Shown here: positions 24,985 to 38,420 of the stretch, one piece after another
Layout: each line of letters starts with the position of its first letter
How positions within the stretch are numbered: position 1 is the stretch's first letter
DNA from: Eledone cirrhosa
Lineage: Eukaryota
Assembly: GCA_964016885.1 (NCBI GenBank)
Contig: OZ024741.1
Span: 297,352,001-297,416,000, forward strand
Length of the DNA: 64,000 nt
Reading direction: 5' to 3'
Position numbers and translations under genes: made by a program
The notes under the pieces: generated by a model
Database searches by the model: none
Seen by the model: only the letters and a program-made list of their open reading frames with translations
Told to the model about the DNA's origin: nothing

Positions 24985-25777
24985 TTGTTATACTTTGGGA
25001 GGGTCATGTTGCCAATAAGAAACACACGCACCAGTTGCTTACACTTCAATTTATTATAATAAATTTATAATAATGAAGGACAATGTAGAGATAAGAATAT
25101 AGTGTACATAGGTGAGACAGCTCGTAGTATAGGGGAACGGATAAATGAACACTGGCGAGACCTTCAAGATAGTAAAGAATCATCTGTACTCTACCAACAT
25201 GCTAAAATAGAACATAAGGGTAAATTAGAGAACATAGAAATAAAAATAGAATCTACACACAGAAAAGACGCAATGTTTAGACAAATCACAGAGGCAATAA
25301 ACATAAATGAACTCCAACCAAAATTAAATAGAAAACATGAATGGAACAGCAACATCACAACTTACAATTAAAGACAAAATGAAAACACACACGCACATAG
25401 AACAAACAACCAACCAGTAACATGTAAATAAACAAATAAATAAACAAATATAAACACACACAGACACCCGGATGTAACACATGCGCAAACTAAGCACACA
25501 ACACACACAAAAACAAGATGGCGTAGGACAGAACAAAGGAGAGGCACAAAAACAAAGAAAAGAAAAGAAAAGAATCCCCAGTCACTGAAGAGGTCACAGA
25601 ATGTGTGACGAAAGAACTGTGACAATATATAAACAATCATCTGGTTGTGGAACCAACCAACCAACCAGAAATTTATAAATTCCTAAATTTATAAATTTAT
25701 TATAATAAATTGAAATGAAAGCAACTGGTGCATGTGTTTCTTATTGGCAACATGACCCTCCCAAAGTATAACAATAT
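24985..25777 (+). mobile_element. 5'-truncated Penelope-like retroelement: GIY-YIG end, pLTR, inverted terminal copy
   Basis: ORF YIGETARSIGERINEH...LYQHA...RQITEAINI...PKLNRK (GIY-YIG endonuclease C-part); 24985-25070 is the reverse complement of 25689-25777; hammerhead-like GTCA-CTGAAGA-GGTCACA..TGTGAC-GAAA..TGAC at 25581-25623. Confidence 0.9.
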
Positions 25778-25896
25778 CGGTTTCAACACACGTTTTCAGA
25801 TAAAGAATCTTGCTAAACAAATTCAGAAACGAAATATATATATATATATATATATATGTAAATGTATGTATGTATAATGTTAATGGATGTAAGTAA

Positions 25897-26076
25897 GAGT
25901 ACTCAATACTGAAGTAAAGTTTAATAAAATTCTTTATTATGGCTAAATGAAGGGCCTTGTTTCTCTGGAGTTTCACCTGTGTATTCATAGGACCATCAGA
26001 CAAGATGGTCTGGGTCTGATGAATCCTGTGAGTACACAGGTGAAACTCCTGAGTAACAAGATTTATCACTTAGCCT
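25897..26076. mobile_element. Penelope-like pLTR palindrome, hammerhead core on + strand (26016-26055)
   Basis: CTGATGA-ATCCTGTGAGTACACAGGT-GAAA-CTCCTGAG-TA-ACAAGA with an inverted degenerate copy to its left. Confidence 0.75.
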
Positions 26077-26583
26077 GAATAAAAAAATATTACACTTATA
26101 TATATATTTCTGTGATTCTATCACAACACATAAAGAGAGAGGAGTAGTTTGACTACCTCATACTACACCTCTCTCTTGCGTGAATGTTTGTGTGTGTAAA
26201 AGGAAGGAAGGAAGGGGATGGTGAAAGTGTAAATGTATGTGTATTTGTGTGAATGTATGTCTGTGAGTGTGTATTTTTGTAAGCATGTCTGTGTTTTCAT
26301 GTTTATATTTATATACTCATACATAAAAATGTATGCATATGCACATACACACATATACACATGCGTGTCAGCATATGGAAAATAATTCTAGTATATAAAA
26401 CATTTAAAATAACACATTGATCTTTAATAATTGGTGGTTGCTTTTAATTAATCCATAAAATTTCCATGGGTCAGCAAGTAAGCTAGTATACTGTAAAATA
26501 TTTAATAAGTAACTGTGACCATTCTTATTAATAGCAACATATATTTACTAAATTGAATTGTCTGATTCTGTTGTCTTTATTAG

Positions 26584-26663
26584 CCAATCATTGATCAACC
26601 TTCTTCTCACTGGAAGAGCAGTTTCTAATGTTTGGGACAACGACAAAGAAATATCTGGATTAA
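26584..26663 (+). CDS. MINDY3: MINDY3 exon 6
   Basis: ttattag| SQSLINLLLTGRAVSNVWDNDKEISGL |gtaagt; phase 2-1. Confidence 0.97.
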
Positions 26664-27319
26664 GTAAGTGTTTTTTTTTCCTTGGTTATTTCAGTTGAAA
26701 TGTAACTTGTATTACTGCTGTCAGTCACGAGATGACCTTTGAAGAGATTTTTAAAGAAATAGAGAGAAAATGATGTCCGAATGAGTATCCTCCACCTCCA
26801 AATAACTTACTCTCCGCTTCTGGGTTCTGGCCAACAGGATGGAGAATACATAGCCTCGGAGGATGGCGAGGGAGACATGTTGCAACAGCCACTCCACCTT
26901 GTGGGCTTCACACCTGTGCGTGGCCAATTCTATTTGATACCAATGAGTAAAGATATAATCCGGGGGCCCAAGAACTCCAGAAGTTTCTACCACAAACCTA
27001 TCAGAGAGCAGCTGATTCTTGGACAATTTCAGTTATGTTCTTATTTGAATTGAATGTTAACCTTTTTGTTACTATATTTCAAATGAAGACACTGTCTCTT
27101 TGATATTTAAATCATTTTGAAAATAATTAAGAATATATAGGGATTAGGAAATATAAATATAACTATTTTCATTTAGGCTGCTATTTGGAACATATTAGGA
27201 TGGATGGTTATGATATATAAGTATAAACACTTTTATCTTTTCATTATCATATTTATAATAAGACACTGCTCATGATTTTTAAATATGCTTGAAAATAATG
27301 ATTAGGAGGGATTTACTAA

Positions 27320-30300
27320 AATGTCTACCTCTCTACTCTGTGTCTCCCTCTCTACCCTATATTGTCTCCCTCTCCAACCTATATTGTCTCCCACTCCAAC
27401 CTATATTGTCTCCCACTCCAACCTATATTGTCTCCCTCTCCAACCTATATTGTCTCCCACTCCAACCTATATTGTCTCCCTCTTTACCCTATATTGTCTC
27501 CCTCTCCACCCTCTATTGTCTCCCTCTTCACCCTCTATTGTCTCCTTCTCCACCCTCTATTGTCTCCCACTCCAACATATATTGTCTCCCTCTCTACCCT
27601 ATATTGTCTCCCTCTCTACCCTCTATTGTCTCCCACTCCAACCTATATTGTCTCCCACTCCAACCTATATTTCTCCCTCTCTACCCTATATTGTCTCCCT
27701 CTCTACCCTATATTGTCTCCTTCTCCACCCTCTATTGTCTCCCACTCCAACCTATATTGTCTCCTTCTCCACCCTATATTGTCTCCCTCTCTACCCTATA
27801 TTGTCTCCCTCTCTACCCTCTATTGTCTCCTTCTCCACCCTCTATTGTCTCCCACTCCAACCTATATTGTCTCCCTCTCCAACCTATATTGTCTCCCTCT
27901 CCACCCTCTATTGTCTCCTCCACCCTCTATTGTCTTCCTCTCCACCCTATATTGTCTCCCTCTCCAACCTATATTGTCTCCCTCTCCACCCTCTATTGTC
28001 TCCCTCTCCACCCTCTATTGTCTCCCTCTCTACCCTCTATTGTCTCCCTCTCTACCCTCTATTGTCTCCCTCTCCAACCTCTATTGTCTCCCTCTCTACC
28101 CTATATTGTCTCCCTCTTTACCCTATATTGTCTCCCTCTCCAACCTATACTGTCTCCCTCTCCAACCTATACTGTCTCCCTCTCCACCCTATACTGTCTC
28201 CCTCTCCACCCTATATTGTCTCCCTCTCTACCCTATATTGTCTCCCTCTTTACCCTATATTGTCTCCCTCTCCAACCTATATTGTCTCCCTCTCCAACCT
28301 ATATTGTCTCCCTCTCTACCCTCTATTGTCTACCTCTGTACCCTATATTGTCTCCCTCTCTACCCTCTATTGTCTCCCTCTCTACTCTCTATTGTCTCCT
28401 TCTCTACCCTCTATTGTCTCCTTCTCTACCCTCTATTGTCTCCCTCTCTACCCTCTATTGTCTCCCTCTCTACCCTATATTGTCTCCCACTCCACCCTCT
28501 ATTGTCTCCCTCTCCAACCTATATTGTCTCCCTCTCTACCCTATATTGTCTCCCTCTCTACCCTATATTGTCTCCCTCTTTACCCTATATTGTCTCCCTC
28601 TCTACCCTCTATTGTCTCCCTCTCCAACCTATATTGTCTCCCTCTTTACCCTATATTGTCTCCCTCTCCACCCTATATTGTCTCCCTCTCTACCCTATAT
28701 TGTCTCCCTCTCTACCCTCTATTGTCTCCCTCTCTACCCTCTATTGTCTCCCTCTTTACCCTATATTGTCTCCCTCTCTACCCTCTATTGTCTCCCTCTC
28801 TACCCTATATTGTCTTCCTCTCCACCCTATATTGTCTCCCTCTCTACCCTCTATTGTCTCCCTCTTTACCCTCTATTGTCTCCCTCTCCAACCTATATTG
28901 TCTCCCTCTTTACCCTATATTGTCTCCCTCTCCAACCTATACTGTCTCCCTCTCCAACCTATACTGTCTCCCTCTCCACCCTATATTGTCTCCCTCTCCA
29001 CCCTATATTGTCTCCCTCTCCACCCTATATTGTCTCCCTCTCCACCCTATATTGTCTCCCTCTCTACCCTCTATTGTCTCCCTCTTTACCCTATATTGTC
29101 TCCCTCTCTACCCTCTATTGTCTCCCTCTCTACCCTCTATTGTCTCCCTCTTTACCCTCTATTGTCTCCCTCTCCAACCTATATTGTCTCCCTCTTTACC
29201 CTCTATTGTCTCCCTCTCTACCCTATATTGTCTCCCTCTCCAACCTATATTGTCTCCCTCTCTACCCTATATTGTCTCCCTCTCCACCCTATATTGTCTC
29301 CCTCTCTACCCTATATTGTCTCCCTCTCCACCCTATATTGTCTCCCTCTCCACCCTATATTGTCTCCCTCTCCACCCTCTATTGTCTCCCTCTCTACCCT
29401 ATATTGTCTCCCTCTCCACCCTCTATTGTCTCCCTCTCTACCCTATATTGTCTCCCTCTCCACCCTATATTGTCTCCCTCTCCACCCTCTATTGTCTCCC
29501 TCTCTACCCTATATTGTCTCCCTCTCCACCCTCTATTGTCTCCTTCTCTACCCTCTATTGTCTCCCTCTCTACCCTCTATTGTCTCCCTCTCTACCCTAT
29601 ATTGTCTCCCACTCCACCCTCTATTGTCTCCCTCTCCAACCTATATTGTCTCCCTCTCTACCCTATATTGTCTCCCTCTCTACCCTATATTGTCTCCCTC
29701 TTTACCCTATATTGTCTCCCTCTCTACCCTCTATTGTCTCCCTCTCCAACCTATATTGTCTCCCTCTTTACCCTATATTGTCTCCCTCTCCACCCTATAT
29801 TGTCTCCCTCTCTACCCTATATTGTCTCCCTCTCTACCCTCTATTGTCTCCCTCTCTACCCTCTATTGTCTCCCTCTTTACCCTATATTGTCTCCCTCTC
29901 TACCCTCTATTGTCTCCCTCTCTACCCTATATTGTCTTCCTCTCCACCCTATATTGTCTCCCTCTCTACCCTCTATTGTCTCCCTCTTTACCCTCTATTG
30001 TCTCCCTCTCCAACCTATATTGTCTCCCTCTTTACCCTATATTGTCTCCCTCTCCAACCTATACTGTCTCCCTCTCCAACCTATACTGTCTCCCTCTCCA
30101 CCCTATATTGTCTCCCTCTCCACCCTATATTGTCTCCCTCTCCACCCTATATTGTCTCCCTCTCCACCCTATATTGTCTCCCTCTCTACCCTCTATTGTC
30201 TCCCTCTTTACCCTATATTGTCTCCCTCTCTACCCTCTATTGTCTCCCTCTCTACCCTCTATTGTCTCCCTCTTTACCCTCTATTGTCTCCCTCTCCAAC

Positions 30301-31840
30301 CTATATTGTCTCCCTCTTTACCCTCTATTGTCTCCCTCTCTACCCTATATTGTCTCCCTCTCCAACCTATATTGTCTCCCTCTCTACCCTATATTGTCTC
30401 CCTCTCCACCCTATATTGTCTCCCTCTCTACCCTATATTGTCTCCCTCTCCACCCTATATTGTCTCCCTCTCCACCCTATATTGTCTCCCTCTCCACCCT
30501 CTATTGTCTCCCTCTCTACCCTATATTGTCTCCCTCTCCACCCTCTATTGTCTCCCTCTCTACCCTATATTGTCTCCCTCTCCACCCTATATTGTCTCCC
30601 TCTCCACCCTCTATTGTCTCCCTCTCTACCCTATATTGTCTCCCTCTCCACCCTCTATTGTCTCCTTCTCTACCCTATATTGTCTCCCTCTCTACCCTCT
30701 ATTGTCTCCCTCTCCAACCTATATTGTCTCCCTCTCTACCCTATATTGTCTCCCTCTCCACCCTATATTGTCTCCCTCTCTACCCTATATTGTCTCCCTC
30801 TCCACCCTATATTGTCTCCCTCTCCACCCTATATTGTCTCCCTCTCCACCCTCTATTGTCTCCCTCTCCACCCTCTATTGTCTCCCTCTCCACCCTCTAT
30901 TGTCTCCCTCTCTACCCTCTATTGTCTCCCTCTCCAACCTATATTGTCTCCCTCTCTACTCTATATTGTCTCCCTCTCTACTCTATATTGTCTCCCTCTT
31001 TACCCTATATTGTCTCCCTCTCCAACCTATACTGTCTCCCTCTCCAACCTATACTGTCTCCCTCTCTACCCTATATTGTCTCCCTCTCTACCCTCTATTG
31101 TCTACCTCTGTACCCTATATTGTCTCCCTCTCCACCCTCTATTGTCTACCTCTGTACCCTATATTGTCTCCCTCTCTACCCTCTATTGTCTACCTCTGTA
31201 CCCTATATTGTCTCCCTCTCTACCCTCTATTGTCTCCCTCTCTACCCTCTATTGTCTCCCTCTCTACCCTCTATTGTCTCCTTCTCTACCCTCTATTGTC
31301 TCCTTCTCTACCCTCTATTGTCTCCCTCTCCAACCTATATTGTCTCCCTCTCTACCCTATATTGTCTCCCTCTCCAACCTATATTGTCTCCCTCTTTACC
31401 CTATATTGTCTCCCTCTCCAACCTATATTGTCTCCCTCTCCACCCTATATTGTCTCCCTCTCTACCCTATATTGTCTCCCTCTTTACCCTATATTGTCTC
31501 CCTCTCCAACCTATATTGTCTCCCTCTCTACCCTATATTGTCTCCCTCTCCAACCTATATTGTCTCCCTCTCTACCCTATATTGTCTCCCTCTCCACCCT
31601 ATATTGTCTCCCTCTCTACCCTATATTGTCTCCCTCTCTACCCTCTATTGTCTTCCTCTCCACCCTATATTGTCTCCCTCTCTACCCTCTATTGTCTCCC
31701 TCTTTACCCTCTATTGTCTCCCTCTCTACCCTATATTGTCTCCCTCTCTACCCTATATTGTCTCCCTCTCTACCCTATATTGTCTCCCTATCTGCTTTCT
31801 ATTGTCTACCTCTCTACCTTCTATTGTCTACCTCTCTATG
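27320..31840. repeat. 22-bp minisatellite, ~205 copies (4.5 kb), in MINDY3 intron 6
   Basis: Consensus ctatattgtctccctctctacc with variants; no stop codon in any + frame. Confidence 0.99.
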
Positions 31841-31879
31841 TTATAGATCGTTATATATAAAATACTATTGTCTTTTCAG

Positions 31880-31950
31880 AAATGCGTGGTATTTATAAAC
31901 AATCCTACATTGGGTTTCTCACTCTCCTTGAACATCTGCGTTATTGTGAG
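31880..31950 (+). CDS. MINDY3: MINDY3 exon 7
   Basis: cttttcag| KMRGIYKQSYIGFLTLLEHLRYCE |gtaggc; phase 1-0. Confidence 0.96.
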
Positions 31951-32115
31951 GTAGGCAAAATTTAAAAATACATTTCTTATCTGACATAAAACACCTGTCT
32001 TATTGTGAGAATACAGAATTTAAAAATATATATTTCTTATCTGACGTAAAACACCTGTCCTATTGTGAGGTGGCACCTGTGTTATTGTGAGATTGGTAAA
32101 ATTTTTAAATCCATT
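31941..32115. repeat. ~60-bp tandem duplications of the exon 7 end and intron start
   Basis: tattgtgag at 31942, 32001, 32061, 32083; aatttaaaaata..tttcttatctgac.taaaacacctgtc twice. Confidence 0.85.
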
Positions 32116-32554
32116 TCTCATCCAATATATTCAGTTCTTGATATTGCTCCAGAAAGTAGGTTTTTATTTTGTCAATATGGAATTTTGTGTTGTTTCTTTT
32201 CAATGAATCTTCCTTCAGTTTCGACAATTCGTATTGAATTGTTTGGTCAACTATACTATCTGCTCATTAACTTTGTGTGCAAGTGGCTGAGTTTAACACA
32301 GTTCTCTGGTATATTCAGCACGATACATTATGTGACAATGCAGGATCTTTGATTTATAAGTACAGTCTATTCACTGAGCTTCCACATAGTTTCTGTCTAT
32401 CAAATTTCTCTAACAAAGCTTTTTAATGATACTACAATGAACATTACATGCTTTCCTACATTGACAGTCAGCCATAATTTCTCCTTGTTTATAATGTGGC
32501 ATTGTAAATAGAAGGGCTGAATATTAGGTTGTTGTTTATAGTTGAAGTCAAGAT

Positions 32555-32865
32555 TTGTAGCTTAGTGATTAAGGTGTTTGCCTTACGATCGTATGGTTGT
32601 GAGTTCATCTCCCAACAACGTGTTGTGTCCTTGAGCAAGGCACTTTAATTCACATTGCTTCCATTCACTCAGCTGGCAAAAATGAGTTGTACCTGTAATT
32701 CAAAGGGCCAGCCATGTTACACAATGTCATACTGAATCTCCCTGAAAAGTATGTTAAGGATGCACATGTCTATGAAATACTCAGCTGCTTACATGTTAAG
32801 TTCACAAGTATGCTGTTCTGTTTGAACAAATGGGACACTCCTCGTTGGAATTGACAGATGCCCAA
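32555..32865 (+). mobile_element. tRNA-head CORE-like SINE
   Basis: TAGCTTAGTGA A box, GAGTTCATC B-like box, gtgtccttgagcaaggcact; reverse copy at 44725-45005. Confidence 0.8.
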
Positions 32866-33848
32866 CAAAATCTGTTTATAGTTGAATGGAGGTTTGCTTG
32901 AATTTTAATTTGTGGTAAGCTTTACAAACTTTTTCTGCTAAATTTAAACTGGTCCAGCTAGCCAGGCATGTTGGAATTTTTCTGTCAATTTTTCACAAAG
33001 TTTTGTTCCACTGATGTAACTTTTAACATCTTGTTTATAATATTTTTAATAGTTGGCAGATTGTTGTGAAAAATTGCAGTAAATTAAAGTAAATACTTTA
33101 GTTTTTAATATGATTCAGTCAGAGCTGTTTTGTACTGTTCAAAAATCTCTTGCTAATGTGGTTTTATGTGATTTATTAATTTGAATATTTATAGTAGTTT
33201 TACTGTTGGATATTTTTTTCTGAACATTTTCAGTATTAGAGTAACGATTTAAAAAGTTAATGTGCTACAGTCATAGTGTTGTTTTTAAGAATATCTTGCT
33301 AATGCAGTTACATGCGGTACAAAACATTAACAGTTAATATGTCAGTGTGCTCTGTCAAACTGGTATCAAACTTTTTCTCTCATTTGCTCAACATGAAAGT
33401 TTGGTCTATCCACTTCTTTGTGATGAATTTTTTCTATTTAAAATTTTTACTACTAAACTTTGCTTTTGTGGCAGATAGCTAATTTAAAATCTGTGTTCTT
33501 TTTCACTTTTACCTATATTTAACTGTTTCATGACCATATTATAATGAAAAACACTTTTTTTTAATTAATTAGGGACAAATTTTGAGGGCTTTACTAAAAT
33601 TATTAATTATTTCATTATCAAGATAGTAACTTAACATGCTTTTTATATAAAGTTATGCTGGAACACTTTAAAATAAGTGGTTTTGTTTCATAAAATGGAA
33701 TCCAGTTTGGGTCAAATTAATCTGTTTTTACTATATATTTTTTTACTGGTTTTTAGTCTTTAAACTACAGCCATAATCAGTTTTTATTCATACCATTGCC
33801 TAATTTTCCAAACATATGTCTGTACCAATAGATATTTTATTTCCACAG

Positions 33849-33929
33849 GTTGGTTGGTTCCTGAAAAACCCCAAATGCCCAATATGGCTACTCGCCAGTG
33901 AAACACACCTGACTGTACTTTTTTCTAAG
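33849..33929 (+). CDS. MINDY3: MINDY3 exon 8 (catalytic His)
   Basis: tccacag| VGWFLKNPKCPIWLLASETHLTVLFSK |gtaggt; SETHLTV catalytic-His motif; phase 0-0. Confidence 0.97.
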
Positions 33930-35071
33930 GTAGGTGTTATATTGCACCACAGTTTGTTGAATATACTGCAGTTATTAAGTTTCAAAAGGTTTGTATTTGA
34001 CTATGATGATTATAGCTTGTTATGAAACACAGATAGCAGTGGTGTAGCTTGAACAATTTCAGAAAGAATGTGTATAATCTCTTAATGCCTGAGGTTTTTT
34101 TACAACAGTTGTTACTTCAGTTTATAAGGGTGTTTTATTAGTTATTTATGAGTGGGGTTAGTATTTATGACCTCTTCCTCGTCATTGCTGCCACCACCAT
34201 CACCATTTAACATCTGTTTCCCCTGTTAACAAGGGTTATATTATTTATTACTCAGTGTAATATATATTGTCTGCATTTAGTGTCTGTTTTCCCTGCTAGC
34301 AAGAGTTGAAGGTAATAATACAGATTGTGTGCATTTTAACATGGCAACAAACACTAGAGAAGATATCATATCCTTGTCATAGCTAAAAAGTCTTCCCAAC
34401 CTTCTGTTTGGCAGGATTTCTATTGTTAGATGCTTTTCCTATTGCCAACCACTTTACAGAGTGTACTAGTGTGTTGATCGTGTAGATAGCCAACATTAGA
34501 GAGGCTGTCATGCCCATTGTACAACTAGAGTCCTCTCAACTCTGTTTGTCATGGTTTAATATATATGTGTATATATATATATATATATATGCAACAGGCA
34601 AACAAAATAACAAAGCAAATGTCACAGTACAATGACGAAATATATTATTAGTTTTATGCTTGATATAGTAGGAAAAGAGTCTTAACGCTAGTCCTTCATC
34701 AAAGAAGAAATAGAAAGATACAGGAGCGTGGACAGTGGCAGAAACGAAAAAAAATTCTTTGAAAAAAAAACAGGTCTATTCAAGTCGCTATCTCTTAATG
34801 TATATATATATATATATGTATGTAAGTGTGTGTGTATATATATATATATATAATATGTGTGTGTATATATATATACATGTACGGCAACATTCATCTTTTT
34901 CCATTTCTCCGAGGGTTATAAACCCCACTATCAGGCTAGAAATTTCTTTAGTCTAAAATACGGTGAAAGCTTATAATTTCTAATTTCTAATTTCAAACTC
35001 GCGCACCGTTTCAAAAACATACTTACATGTTTACATTTATAATTTGCTTGTTTATATATATATATATATAT

Positions 35072-38000
35072 GTGCTGGTGGCACAAATAAAAGCACCCAG
35101 TCCATGCTGTAAAGTGGCGCTGGTGTTAAGAAGGGCATCCAACCAGTGTATCAATGCCAAAACGCTTATCAGCACAGCAACAAATAGGAACAACAACAAA
35201 ATATGTAGACGTCGCATCTCAGAATTGCAACACTTAATGTTGGCACTCTCAGAGGTAGATCTGCTGAAATAGCGGAGATGCTGGAGAGAAGGCATGTGGA
35301 TGTGTGCTGCGTGCAAGAGGTGAGATGGAGAGGTGCCTCTGCGAGACTAGTCGTAGGCAAACATCTTAGCTATAAGCTTTTCTGGGTAGGTAAGGATGAT
35401 GGGTTAGGGGGAGTAGGCATTTTCTTGGCTGAGAGATGGATCAATAAGACAATAGAGGTAGTTCGAGTTAGTAATTGAATAATTAAGCTTAGATTAGTTG
35501 TAGGCAGTAGACTACTGACAATCATCTCTGCCTATGCTCCCCAAGCAGGCCTAGGCAAAGATGAGAAAGACTGCTTTTATGAGCAACTTTTACAAACAAC
35601 CGCAAATGACAGAGGACGGAGACATCGTTATGCTAGCAGGGGACTTCAATGGTCATGTTGGACAACTGCAGGATGGTTACACTGGGGTACATGGTGGGCA
35701 CGGTTATGGCTCAAGAAATGAAGAGACTTCTTGTATTTTGTGATGCAAGTACACTGACTATTTGCAACACAAACTTCCAGAAACCTGCCAATCACCTAAT
35801 AACCTACAAATCTGGCGAGCACATTAGCCAGATTGACTTCTTACTAGTTAGGCAGCAGGACAGGCAGATAGTGTCTAATACCAAGGCATACCCTGGGGAA
35901 GAATGTACCCCACAGCATAGGTTAGTCGTTAGTGATATCTCAGTAAGCAAGAAATGGAATGAGACATACAGGAAAGTGTGGAGAAGAAAGGTCTGGAAGC
36001 TAAAAGACCTTTCACTAAAATACAAATTTAGGAAAGCCCTTCAAGATGTATATGACGAAAAAGAAGACGATTTAGAGACGTATGACATAGATAATAACTG
36101 GAATTTCTTACGTGACAACTTGCTGCAGGCTACTGATGAAACTTGTGGCTGGAGCAGAGCTCCAACCAGACAGAGAGTGACCTGGTGGTGGAACAGCACA
36201 GTAGATAAGGCCATTAGAGACAAAAGACTAGCATGGAAGGCTTGGAAAAAGGGTGGGAGTAGGGAAGAATATACAGCCGCTAAGAGAGAAGCTAGACGTC
36301 GGGTGTACTTAGCACGCAGGGAGGCTGAGAGTAGGAGGTTTGCCAATGTTCTGCGACGGGAAGATCAGAGGCGTGCGGTGTTCCACATTGCAAGGCAGTG
36401 TGTCAATGCAAATCAGGATATTGTTGGAGATAAATGTGTCCGGAATGATGCCGGTGTACTTAGTGTCATGAATGATCAGAAAAAGGAGGCCTGGAAATGT
36501 CATTATGAGAGACTGGTGAATGTGGAGAACGAATGGGAGAGAGAGAAATTACCCTTAGTAGATCCGACAGAGGGACCAGCTATTGAGATTGACGGATATA
36601 GGGTCCAAGAGGCGATTAAGGAAATGAAAAATGGTAAGGCTGCTGGACCATCGGGAATAGTTGCTGAGATGCTGAAGGCATCAGGGGACGTAGGCACTAA
36701 ACTGGTTGCACGCATCATCAATCAGGCTATATATGGTGGTGTCATACCCAAAGACTGGTGCAGCAGTATTCTCATAAATTGCTACAAAGGTAAAGGGGAT
36801 GCTCTGGAGAGGAGCAATTATAGGGGTATAAAACTGATGGATCAGGTTATGAAAGTGGCAGAAAGGATATTAGCACAACTAATTAGAGAAAGGGTCAAAC
36901 TAGATGAGATGCAGTTTGGTTTTGTGCCTGGGAAGAGTATAACAGATGCCCTCTTCTTGGTGAGACAATTGCAAGAGAGGTTCTTAGAGAAAAATAAGCC
37001 ACTATACTTAGCCTTTGTTGACCTAGAGCCTAGAGAAGGCCTTTGATAGGGTACCCCGATCTGTCATTTGGTGGTCCCTAAGGAAACTAGGTGTTGAGGA
37101 ATGGCTTGTGAGGACAGTGCAAACTTTGTACAGAGGTACTCTCAGTAAAGTCAGGGTAGGAATGGAGTTTAGTGAGGAATTCCAGATACAAGTAGGAGTA
37201 CATTAAGGTTAAGTCCTCAGCCCGCTCTTGTTCATTATAGTCCTTCAAGCCATAACAGAGGAGTTTAAGACTGGCTGTCCATGGGAACTTCTCTATGCTG
37301 ACGATCTGGTTCTTATAGCAGAATCAGTAGAGGAGCTAGAGAATAAATTCTGGCTATGGAAACAGCAGTTGGAAGCAAGAGGACTGAGAGTGAACCTAGC
37401 TAAGACAAAAGTGTTGATGAGTAGAAAAGAGGACAAAACTCTGATTCCGCCAGGGAAATGGCCATGTTCGATATGCAGAAAAGGAACTGGCATAAATTCT
37501 ATAAAATGCACACAATGCAGATCCTGGGTACACAAGAGATGTAGTAGGATAGCAGGCAAACTAACAGGTAGGGAGAAATATGTATGCAGTAGATGTACAG
37601 GGAAATTAGACAGTAGAAGTCGCATTGATAGATGCATTTTTCAAATGCAGGAGGATGCTATAGAAGTGGTGGATAGCTTCCGGTACCTAGGAGATCAGAT
37701 TAGCATGGGAGGAGGGTGTTCCGAAGCCATAGTATCTAGAATAAGGACGGGTTGGAAGAAGTTTAGGGAGCTGCTTCCTCTGCTGACGAAGAAGGGTTTG
37801 TCCCTGTGTACGAAAAGCCGGTTGTATGATGCCTGTGTGAGGAGCGCGATGCTGCATGGTAGTGAGACATGGGCAGCAACTGCAGAGGGTATGCGACGGC
37901 TGGAGAGAAATGAGGCAAGCATGCTCCGTTGAATGTACAGTGTAAATGTGCGTAAACGACCCAGCATGAATGTGTTGAGAGAGAAACTGTGTCTGAGAGG

Positions 38001-38283
38001 GATAGAATGTAGTGTACGGGAGAGGAGACTTAGGTGGTATGGACATGTGATGCGCATGGAGGATGAACGATGGGTGAAGAAGTGCCAGGAATTGCCAGTT
38101 GTAAGAAGACGTGGTACAGGTAGACCACGAAAAACATGGGCGGAGGTGTTGAGAACAGACCTCAGATCGTTGAAGCTCACGGTGGAGATGACGAAGGACC
38201 GTGACGAGTGAAGAGATGCTGTGCTGAATAAAACCTGTCCCACCCTTGCGAGCAGGGAAGAGCGGACGTAAAATGATGATGAT
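35072..38283 (+). mobile_element. Near-full-length RTE LINE (APE endonuclease + RT), inactivated
   Basis: APE motifs ATLNVGTL, VQEVRW, SAYAPQ, AGDFNGHVG, QIDFLL, QHRLV; RT motifs QFGF, LLYADDL, FRYLG; several stops and frameshifts; (GAT)n tail. Confidence 0.96.
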
Positions 38284-38420
38284 ATTTATTTATTAAAATG
38301 TGCCCAAAAATGTGATTGAAACATATTTGTCAATTTAAATAAAATCATATTCATTCTCTTATACAACAATGGGTGTTCTAAAATATAATGTTAGGTAACG
38401 ATAGAAGTTCTAAAATATAT

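Noticed and set aside
27289-31898. Three overlapping ~1500-aa ORFs
   Set aside because: Artefact of a stop-free 22-bp repeat open in all three + frames; lies inside a MINDY3 intron
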